Shown here piece after piece: positions 56,482 through 64,000 of a stretch of 64,000 nucleotides of DNA (positions are counted from its first letter, which is position 1; the number at the start of each line of letters is the position of its first letter). The notes under the pieces were generated by a model, which saw only the letters and a list, made by a program, of their open reading frames with translations, searched no databases and was not told where the DNA came from. The stretch spans positions 8,367-72,366 of the forward strand of contig JAAOXS010000003.1 in assembly GCA_018220985.1 (NCBI GenBank), in the 5' to 3' direction. A program made the translations under genes and the position numbers. The stretch is from Nanobdellota archaeon. Lineage in GTDB: Archaea > Nanobdellota > Nanobdellia > PEZQ01.

Positions 56482-59400
56482 AAGAATGTGCTAAGTGATT
56501 GTTGTTTTTCTTTTTCTTTACCGAAAACAGAGTCTATTCTCATTTTTAAAAGTTCAAGTGATTGCATCAAGTAGGGTTGAACCGTGTATTTTCTCGCAAG
56601 TTCAAGTGATTGTTCAACATATTTTACAACGCTACCTTCATGAATTGTTAGTAATATATCACCATTGCAGAGCAAACATTTTCCGAGCAGTGGAATTCTG
56701 CGATATTTTTCATTACATGATACGCATCTGAATTTTTGTTGTGAGAATTTTCTTAAGTTACCTTTTATATCTCTAAGAAAGTGTCTTTCAATAACTAGTG
56801 ATGCAACTTTTGACGAGTCTATTGCTTTTATCCTAACAGCGATATCCATTTGTTTTTCAACTTTTTCAGCCATTGTTGGTAAAAGTTTGTAAGAACTTAC
56901 TGTTACACCATCATTAAAGTTTTTAACAGGATGAGTGAACCCGTAATTCTCGTATTGTTCGGGTTTTTCAAGTACGTTTTCAATAATTCCAACATTAATT
57001 TCTGTTGGGAATGGAAATTTTTGTGTTTCATAATAAAATTTTTTAGAATATTCCCATACCAAATCCATGTTGTAAACTTCATCATCAACAACTGATGTGT
57101 CAAGGGCTAGTGCGAGAACCAATGGGCAATCCATGTTTTTTGTTCCTCTTAAGTTAGGTAAGTATTCGTGACTAAAGTTTATGAACGCGTCAAGCAATAA
57201 CATGAATCCTACTTCATCACCGTCACAATCACGTCTTGTAGCTGCGTGAAGTAGTGGGTGTGCAAGTCCGCCTTGAGTTTTTGTAAACCCAATTATCCTA
57301 GTTAACGTTCCTGCTGAGGTATGAGGAGCGAGGGCTATGCAAAGTGTACCTGCCAGGTCGTCGCAATTTTTTGCATTATAGTATTTTGGCAGTCCGTACA
57401 TTTTTTCTAAAAGTTCATCTAAAAATTTTGTTATGTTCATAACCACTTTTGATAAATCGGAATCCGCTAATTCTTTACACGCTGGTAGAACAATGTCTTG
57501 TGGTTTTAATTCAAGAATTTGATTTTCGTTTTCAAGTTCTTTTCCTTCAATGTCTTTTTCATATCCTAAAAATTTAAGTTTTTGAATTGAAGTTCCTATT
57601 TCACAGGGCTTAAAATGTGTTAAAGGTAGTTCTGTTACGTCCATTCTTATTGTTCCATCTTTGTTAACGTAAACTTTATTTAAAGCGCGTAAAATTCCTT
57701 TTTCAAGTCTTTCAGCTACATGACGTTCATTACTTGTTCCTTTAACCCCTTTCATGAGAGGTGGTAGTACGCAATATTTTTGCCCGAATGTTTCCTTGTT
57801 TTTTTTGCATCTTAAATTTTCTAAAGCTTTATCAATTAAGAACACAACATCAACTACACGATTATCGTATTGTGCTGTTTTAGTGTTACAGTGCTCTTTA
57901 TCTGATGTGTAGTTTTTGCAAACTTTGCAAACACTCCAATTCTTTGTTTTTGAACCGCACTTATCGCAAACCCCGAAAACAGTTGTTAAATTGCATTTTT
58001 CGCAAAAGTATAGTGAAAAGCTTGTTTTAACATATCCTTCTTCGTAAGCTGCGTTAAGACTTCTAAGTCTTCCCCCTTGTTCACTAACAGGAAATAATAT
58101 GTGGGGTGATGATTTCATTTTGCGCATTTTTGCTTTTTCAGGTCTTCCCATTCTCGCACCCATAGTATATCCCGTAACATCTCTAATCTCGAATGGTGCG
58201 ACTTTGTTTATTATTTCAAGAGTTGTTAATGCTTTTTCTTCTGAAATAATGATTGTTCGTTGTTCTTGGAATATGTTGTTTATTTTTTCAAAAGATTCTT
58301 CATATCCAAGAGAGTCAAGTATTGATTTTGATGTTTCAACATCAAAAGTTATGTTATTCAAAATCATTTTATGAGGTATTAGTAAGTTTTCAAGAATTTT
58401 TTTGAATTCTATTTCAAAATCAACTACGAGTTGAACGTTTTCAAAGTTTTTAACTCGTTTGTTCGAAATATGATTAACTAATGTTTTAAGTTCTTGGGGA
58501 GTTATTAGTTTCCAAAAAAAAGTATGGTATGGGTGTAGCGGTGTTCCAGTTTGGATTGATATTTGTTTTGCTGTTTCGTAGCTTATTTTTTCAAATTTGT
58601 TTTTTAATATTTCATCATAATCAATCGTGTTTGATAATGTTTCTTTTATATTATTTTTAAGTTCTAAAGCCCACCATTCTTCAACAAAGGGTGATGGTAC
58701 TAGTAAGTGCTTATGCTCTAAAAATGCACCGTAATTAATTAATACATCACCCAAAAATAGTATTTCTTTAATTCGTTTTTTAACGTTCTCGTATGTTTCG
58801 TAATCATCCACTCGTAATACACTCCCATCATCAAGTTTTACAACAGGTCCTCTCATCACTTCACAAGTTGTTATAGTGCATCCTTTGCCAGGTCTTTCAA
58901 TTGCTAGTTGTGTTCCAATTGCTAAAAAATTATTAAGAATGTATGATGTTGTTGGGTTAAAACCATAACCTTCAACTCCTGAAACCCTTGTTCGACCGTA
59001 TCGTATTCTAAAACCATGAGGGTGTGATGGAAATGATAGTATTGGTCTTCCTCCAATCGCGTCTCGTAAGTATTTGAAATTTGGAGCTACTTTCACGCCG
59101 TCAGAGTTTTCTTTTTTTGAGCCTGAGTAAATCTTTTTTTGAAAAGTTATGAATTCTTCAAGAAATTTAAGCCAGTGACCTAGTTCAAAGTCGTTTGCAA
59201 ATTTTTTTAATCCGCCTAATAATTTTTTGCTTTTTTGAGCTACACCTTCTCCTAACACAAGACACATCCCTCCACGTATCTTGCTTGTTTCAACTCTTCC
59301 AACTTCTTTATACAAGATTACTTCTTTTTTTGAAGTTGGCGTACCATTAAGCTCTATTGGCAAAAAATTGATTAATAATTCTGTTTCCTCTTCTGATGGG

Positions 59401-60026
59401 AAGTATTGAAGTCGTGATACCCTATCATTGTATAGTTCAAGTTCATGGTAGTATCTTTTGATTTCATCTTTTGTTGGGTCGTAAGACGCGTAACCTAACA
59501 ATTTCCGAGCGTAATCCGCAAGCACCACTGATATTGCTTCTGCAGTTCCTCCTGCTGCACGTATTGGACCGGCGTAGTATATTGCTACGTACTTTTTCCC
59601 GTCAGCTCTGTCTTTTTCTTTAACACCTATCATTCCTTCAAGTGGTGCTGATACCGTTCCTTGTGTCATGTACGCTAATCCAATTCTAACACTTAGTTCT
59701 AATATTTTTATTTTTTCAGGTATTTTAACGAATTTTTGTTCTGCACATTCTTTGCATAGTGTGAATCCTACTCTCCAATCCCCTGGTTCGTATTTTTTTT
59801 CTAGTTCAACTATTCTTTCAGCTATACCTGTTCCTTTTATTTCAGGGTGGACAGCTGATACAAGTCCTTCAACTCGTTCACCTATATTTCTTGCAAGTGA
59901 TATTTCAACAATAGGTTTAGGATCATAATTTTTAGCTCTTGCTTTTGAAGCTATTTCAAATTCTTTTAAGGATTTAAGTTCTAATTCTTCAAAATACTTA
60001 TTTATTAAATCTGATGCGACAATCAT
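56478..60026 (-). CDS. polC: DNA polymerase II (PolD) large subunit DP2.
   Basis: 1182 aa. N-terminal MIVASDLINKYFEELELKS, internal zinc-binding Cys clusters (CEKCNL...CDKCGS, CVSCNEKY...CLLC), no intein. Confidence 0.85.
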   Translation of the reverse strand: MIVASDLINKYFEELELKSLKEFEIASKARAKNYDPKPIVEISLARNIGERVEGLVSAVHPEIKGTGIAERIVELEKKYEPGDWRVGFTLCKECAEQKFVKIPEKIKILELSVRIGLAYMTQGTVSAPLEGMIGVKEKDRADGKKYVAIYYAGPIRAAGGTAEAISVVLADYARKLLGYASYDPTKDEIKRYYHELELYNDRVSRLQYFPSEEETELLINFLPIELNGTPTSKKEVILYKEVGRVETSKIRGGMCLVLGEGVAQKSKKLLGGLKKFANDFELGHWLKFLEEFITFQKKIYSGSKKENSDGVKVAPNFKYLRDAIGGRPILSFPSHPHGFRIRYGRTRVSGVEGYGFNPTTSYILNNFLAIGTQLAIERPGKGCTITTCEVMRGPVVKLDDGSVLRVDDYETYENVKKRIKEILFLGDVLINYGAFLEHKHLLVPSPFVEEWWALELKNNIKETLSNTIDYDEILKNKFEKISYETAKQISIQTGTPLHPYHTFFWKLITPQELKTLVNHISNKRVKNFENVQLVVDFEIEFKKILENLLIPHKMILNNITFDVETSKSILDSLGYEESFEKINNIFQEQRTIIISEEKALTTLEIINKVAPFEIRDVTGYTMGARMGRPEKAKMRKMKSSPHILFPVSEQGGRLRSLNAAYEEGYVKTSFSLYFCEKCNLTTVFGVCDKCGSKTKNWSVCKVCKNYTSDKEHCNTKTAQYDNRVVDVVFLIDKALENLRCKKNKETFGQKYCVLPPLMKGVKGTSNERHVAERLEKGILRALNKVYVNKDGTIRMDVTELPLTHFKPCEIGTSIQKLKFLGYEKDIEGKELENENQILELKPQDIVLPACKELADSDLSKVVMNITKFLDELLEKMYGLPKYYNAKNCDDLAGTLCIALAPHTSAGTLTRIIGFTKTQGGLAHPLLHAATRRDCDGDEVGFMLLLDAFINFSHEYLPNLRGTKNMDCPLVLALALDTSVVDDEVYNMDLVWEYSKKFYYETQKFPFPTEINVGIIENVLEKPEQYENYGFTHPVKNFNDGVTVSSYKLLPTMAEKVEKQMDIAVRIKAIDSSKVASLVIERHFLRDIKGNLRKFSQQKFRCVSCNEKYRRIPLLGKCLLCNGDILLTIHEGSVVKYVEQSLELARKYTVQPYLMQSLELLKMRIDSVFGKEKEKQQSLSTFF

Positions 60027-60072
60027 TTATTTAATTAGGAATTAAGTGCCTAATAAAAGATTTTTGATAGTG

Positions 60073-61530
60073 TTAGTTAAAATCCATAACACTAACTTTT
60101 CGTGTTTTAAGATTTATGATTGGTACAATAGCTGGTGTTGGTTTATGACCTAGTCTTTCAGCGTATGTTTCACCTGTTGTTCTTTCAAAACATGAGCATG
60201 TAATTACATTAATATGGTTTAAAACACTTGTTCGTAAATTATGAATGTGTCCTGTTGCTACTATGTCCGGAACAATTTCTATTATCATTTTATCTTCTGA
60301 CGATGGTACGAATAGTGATGACCCGTGTGTTGGTGCTAAGTGACGTTTTTTTAGTAAGAATTCAACTACTTTTTCAACAGCGCCGTAACCTCCTGCGTTT
60401 CGTAAGCTTTGCACATCAAGACAGTAATGGTCAAGTGAGTATCCATGATACATTAATACTATAAATCCAAGTGAGCCTTCAACTTCGTGTATTTTAAGAT
60501 ACGCTGGGTTTGATACCATTGTAACATTTTTCATTTCGTAAAGTTCTTTTAAAAAAATTTTTGGGTAAGGTGGTTGCGGTTCCGCTATTCGCGTGCCATC
60601 ATGGTTTCCGGGGCATATTATTATTTGTACGTGTTCAGGTATTTGTTTAATAAATTTTGTGAAAACATTAAATTGTTCGTAAATGTCTTTTATAACTAAG
60701 TCATTTTCTTGTGATGGGTAGATTCCAATGCCATCAACAACGTCACCAATTATGAATAAGTAACCAAGTTTTTTTGAGGTTTCTCTTTGTTCTGGTGAGC
60801 CTGCACTTCCTTTAACCCAGTCAATAAATTTTGTGAATGATTCTTCCATAAACGCTGTTGAACCAATATGAATATCTGATATGAATGCTGCGTAAACTTC
60901 ATCACTTGATTTTTTGAATTCAAAATTTGTAGGCATGTCTGGAAAAAATATTTCATTTGCGAAAATAAATCCTCTTGCTTTTGAGCCTGTGATTCCAATA
61001 ACTTCATCAAGAACAATGTCTTGTGATTTTTTGTAAAGGTCTGAATTTTTTTCAGTTATCATGATTTTAACATTACCTGTTGGGTCTTCAAGTGTAATAA
61101 TCATATTATTGTTTTTTGTTAAACTAATATTTGAAACCATTCCAATCATGCTTATTTTACTCGTATTATTTTCTTCTGAAATGTTTTTTGCTGAATTAAC
61201 ATTTGATAGTTCAGGTCTGTTTTTGAGAAAACTGCTTATTTTTTCAAAACGGTCGTTGTAAAATTCAACAAATGTGTTAACCTTTTTTTTAGAATCTTCA
61301 TCTTCAAAGCTTTTAAGAATTTCAACATGAGTGTTTGGAAAATCATTATTAATTGTTTCCATTTTTTTATTTGTAAAATCATTGTAAATGGACATGTTTA
61401 GTATTTTAATCTTAAAATGGTTCGCGTGAACGTGTGAGTAAAGTTCTTGTAATTGTGAGGATTTCATTTGTAAGAGTTCAGGTGCTAATAAATAACCTTT
61501 TTGTCTGAATAAATTAATTATTTCTTTCAT
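60073..61530 (-). CDS. polB2: DNA polymerase II (PolD) small subunit DP1.
   Basis: Calcineurin-like phosphoesterase domain (GDVVDG, GNHD, GHIH). About 485 aa. Immediately upstream of DP2 on the same strand. Confidence 0.85.
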   Translation of the reverse strand: MKEIINLFRQKGYLLAPELLQMKSSQLQELYSHVHANHFKIKILNMSIYNDFTNKKMETINNDFPNTHVEILKSFEDEDSKKKVNTFVEFYNDRFEKISSFLKNRPELSNVNSAKNISEENNTSKISMIGMVSNISLTKNNNMIITLEDPTGNVKIMITEKNSDLYKKSQDIVLDEVIGITGSKARGFIFANEIFFPDMPTNFEFKKSSDEVYAAFISDIHIGSTAFMEESFTKFIDWVKGSAGSPEQRETSKKLGYLFIIGDVVDGIGIYPSQENDLVIKDIYEQFNVFTKFIKQIPEHVQIIICPGNHDGTRIAEPQPPYPKIFLKELYEMKNVTMVSNPAYLKIHEVEGSLGFIVLMYHGYSLDHYCLDVQSLRNAGGYGAVEKVVEFLLKKRHLAPTHGSSLFVPSSEDKMIIEIVPDIVATGHIHNLRTSVLNHINVITCSCFERTTGETYAERLGHKPTPAIVPIINLKTRKVSVMDFN

Positions 61531-61581
61531 TATTTTCTAATTGTGATTAAAGAAAAAGCATTATTTAACGTATGTGGTAAT

Positions 61582-62805
61582 TCATAATTCAAGATGGTTT
61601 TTCAAAAATAATCCTATTCTGTTAAGCGTGTCTTCAGGTATTGAAAGAGTAATTTCACGAGTTCTACCATATCTTCCTTGAGATATTACTCGTGCATTTA
61701 TTATTCCTAGCATGTCTAACTCAGAGATTAAATCGGAAATTCGTCGTTGCGTGAGTTTTTTGAGGTTTATATTGTTACAGAAAGCCTTGTATATTTCATA
61801 AATGTCTCCTGTAGAGGCAGGTTCATTTCTCCCTTCATAGTAGGACATGACAGCGTAAAGAACTATTTGACTTTGTTTTGGTTGTTTTATAATCGCTTCC
61901 ATAAGCCTGTCTTTTTCCATTTTATTATCTGCTATATCTATGTGTTCTTCAGTTATTATTTGGGAAGCGTCTCTTTCAGCTAACTCTCCAGCGACTCTTA
62001 ATAAATCAAGAGCACGTCTTGCATCACCATGTTCTCTTGCAGCGTAAGCTGCGCATTTTGAAATAACACTTTCACTAATAACATTATCATAAAATGATTG
62101 TTTGGATCTTTCTTGGAGAATATCTCTTAATTGAAGAGCGTTATATGGTGAGAAAATTATTTCTTCCTCACCTAAACTTGATTTAACTCGTGCGTCGAGT
62201 TTTTCAGTGAAGCGAAGGTCGTTAGAAATACCAATGAATGTGAGTTCAGAATTTTTAAGTGATGAATTAATTCTAGTTAAGTTATATAATATTTCATCAC
62301 CCGCTTTGTTGATTAAATGGTCAATTTCATCAAGGACGAGCACTATTATTCTTTTTTTATCATCAATTGTTTTGTAAAAAATGTTGTAAACTTCATCAGT
62401 TGGAAGTCCTGTTGGCGGAACTGTTTTTCCAAAAGACTCTGCTAATTGAGCGATTAATCTATATTCAGTATCTGCAACGCGTTTAAGTTTACAATTTAAA
62501 TAAATAAATTTTATGTCAACTTCTCTTTCCTTAGATTTTTCAACAAGTTTGTTAATAACGTGTGATACAGTAACTGTTTTACCAGTACCTGTTTTACCAT
62601 AAATGAATAAGTTTGATGGTTTTTCCATTCTTAAACAAGGTGCAAGAATTTTTGCTATTTGCATTATTTGCTCATCCCTATGAGGAATATTTTCAGGAGT
62701 GTGTTTTTGAGTTAATGATGCTTTGTCAAGAAATATTCTTTTATTTTCGAGAAAGTCATTAAAAATATCATCCAAGGATTTCTGAGTAACTCCCACCATA
62801 CACAT
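61582..62805 (-). CDS. cdc6: Orc1/Cdc6 replication initiator.
   Basis: AAA+ Walker A GKTGTGKT, Walker B VLDEID, and a C-terminal winged helix. 407 aa. Confidence 0.9.
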   Translation of the reverse strand: MCMVGVTQKSLDDIFNDFLENKRIFLDKASLTQKHTPENIPHRDEQIMQIAKILAPCLRMEKPSNLFIYGKTGTGKTVTVSHVINKLVEKSKEREVDIKFIYLNCKLKRVADTEYRLIAQLAESFGKTVPPTGLPTDEVYNIFYKTIDDKKRIIVLVLDEIDHLINKAGDEILYNLTRINSSLKNSELTFIGISNDLRFTEKLDARVKSSLGEEEIIFSPYNALQLRDILQERSKQSFYDNVISESVISKCAAYAAREHGDARRALDLLRVAGELAERDASQIITEEHIDIADNKMEKDRLMEAIIKQPKQSQIVLYAVMSYYEGRNEPASTGDIYEIYKAFCNNINLKKLTQRRISDLISELDMLGIINARVISQGRYGRTREITLSIPEDTLNRIGLFLKNHLEL

Positions 62806-63145
62806 TCCACAAGAAATAGAAGTTTATTAATGTTATCCCCACACACCATTATTTCAAATGGAGCTATTTGAAAACGATTTTTGTTTTGAACACCCCACAA
62901 CTTCATATGTAACAACACCATCATTTCCTATGTAAAATAACCTTGATTTCTTATGTAAGGATTATAATATAATAATATAAATAATAATTATTATATAATA
63001 TATATTATTACAATATTGTAATTTATTATATTATTTTTTTTTGTTATTTTTTTTTGTTTTTTTGGAATTGTTTTAATATGGTGTTTTACAGCATTTTCTT
63101 AAGTGTTAATTCATTTTAGTGTTCCATAAGAAATAATGGGGTATG
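62806..63145. other. Candidate replication origin (oriC): ORB-like repeats flanking an AT-rich duplex-unwinding element.
   Basis: TTCCACAAGAAATA (62811-62824) and TTCCATAAGAAATA (63122-63135). Partial inverted copies ATTTCCTATGTAA (62923) and ATTTCTTATGTAA (62948). C/G-strings. A near-pure AT tract from about 62956 to 63060. Adjacent to cdc6 and the DP1-DP2 genes. Confidence 0.55.
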
Positions 63146-63691
63146 TCAGTATTCATAATTTTTTAGCTGTTTTTCTATTTCTTCAATTTCTATTCTATTC
63201 GTTTTTTGTTTATCCCAATTTTTTAATTTTTTAATTTTTTTAGTTATTAATTCGTATTTTTTGGTTCTAATATTAACAGTGTATATTTTGAAGTTTTTTG
63301 CGTATTCATTTATTTCATCTTTTATTTCATCTATTATTGTTTTTGTTATTTCTTCTTTGTTTATTTCTTGGTTTTTTTGTTCCATTTTTTGCAGTTTTAT
63401 TTTTTGCGTTTCATCAAGTATTATTGGTTCTGAGTAAGGTCCGTTTGCATAGTATATTCTTTCTGTTTCATTGCCCCATGTGTAGTTTCCTATTTCTCTT
63501 TTTATGTCTTGTATTAAGAATTCGTTGAGCATTACACCTTTTCTTAGGTTATAGTATACTGTTCTCATTTTTACTGGTCCGAATATTTTTTTGTAGTTTT
63601 TGTATATTTCGTATCCATAAGAATTATTTACGTGTTGGAGTATTGCCGCTATTTTTCTTCTAACTTTGCTTTTTGCAGGTCTACCTCTCAT
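63146..63691 (-). CDS. Putative winged-helix DNA-binding protein with a K/E-rich coiled-coil tail.
   Basis: N-terminus RRKIAAILQHVNNSYGYEIYKNYKKIFGPVKMRTVYYNLRKG resembles a PadR/ArsR-like wHTH. 181 aa. Confidence 0.35.
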   Translation of the reverse strand: MRGRPAKSKVRRKIAAILQHVNNSYGYEIYKNYKKIFGPVKMRTVYYNLRKGVMLNEFLIQDIKREIGNYTWGNETERIYYANGPYSEPIILDETQKIKLQKMEQKNQEINKEEITKTIIDEIKDEINEYAKNFKIYTVNIRTKKYELITKKIKKLKNWDKQKTNRIEIEEIEKQLKNYEY

Positions 63692-63832
63692 AATTATTTT
63701 TTTATAATATTGTAATATTTATTCTTTTTGTTTCTTGTGAAATATTGTTTTTTTGTGTTTGACGGACATGTCCGCTGGTATGGATATTTTTATATTGTTC
63801 GTAATATTTTGTTTTTTTTATAATGATTCAAA

Positions 63833-64000
63833 TTCCTTTTGAGAAAATTATTGAGCGTACTCTTAGTTCTACAAGTCTTTCCCGCGCTGAAGTTTTGAAA
63901 ATGGTTGATGCTAAAAAGGAAAGTATGAAGGGTTTGGTTAGTGATGAGGGTGCTGCTTACATTGTTGCGAACGAGTTGGGCGTGAAATTTTTACCTGATA
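63833..64000 (+). CDS. rpa: Replication protein A (RPA) N-terminus. Partial: continues past the window end.
   Basis: MIQIPFEKIIERTLSSTSLSRAEVLKMVDAKKESMKGLVSDEGAAYIVANELGV parallels the N-terminal domain of euryarchaeal RPA. Confidence 0.45.

Noticed and set aside
62956-63060. TAATATAATAATATAAATAATAATTATTATATAATATATATTATTACAATATTGTAATTTATTATATTATT, a low-complexity AT repeat that superficially looks like a CRISPR or microsatellite.
   Set aside because: There are no regularly spaced identical repeats with unique spacers and no cas genes. It is better explained as the duplex-unwinding element of the origin next to cdc6.

Overview
This is an AT-rich (about 30% GC), gene-dense archaeal window with short intergenic spacers and many 4-8 nt gene overlaps. 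It carries PolD, an archaeal histone, AglB, FEN-1 and Orc1/Cdc6, which fits a euryarchaeal or DPANN-like genome. Left to right it contains: a partial P-type ATPase; a sulfur-relay/tRNA-thiolation neighbourhood (a split ThiI, thioredoxin, glutamate dehydrogenase, DUF1858 redox protein, IscU, IscS, an HTH plus Cys-cluster regulator, tRNA-Val, an NcsA plus SWIM pair); FEN-1; a roughly 16 kb N-glycosylation (agl) island (AglB, AglH, a WbpB/E/D-like diacetamido-sugar pathway, GT4, radical SAM, GT2, PHP, LmbE, ATP-grasp, a Dpm1-like GT2, a Wzx-like flippase, an ArnE-like small flippase, an epimerase); HtpX; a block of lineage-specific K/N-rich coiled-coil proteins; Trm5, diphthine synthase, a prepilin-peptidase-like protein, HIT, CCA enzyme, an NFACT/RqcH homologue, family-B DNA polymerase, MetAP, a histone, topoisomerase IA, LigT, SerRS, a PIN-KH ATPase, two tandem metallophosphoesterases, a Fap7-like kinase, a large secreted Cys-rich repeat protein with a small lipoprotein-like partner, and a replication island (PolD DP2 and DP1, Orc1/Cdc6, a candidate oriC with ORB-like repeats and an AT-rich tract, a wHTH protein, the RPA N-terminus). 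No CRISPR arrays, rRNAs or obvious mobile elements were seen. The most novel-looking candidates are the Cys-rich secreted repeat protein module, the TM plus coiled-coil protein pair, the split ThiI, and the radical-SAM / ATP-grasp / LmbE / PHP additions to the agl island.
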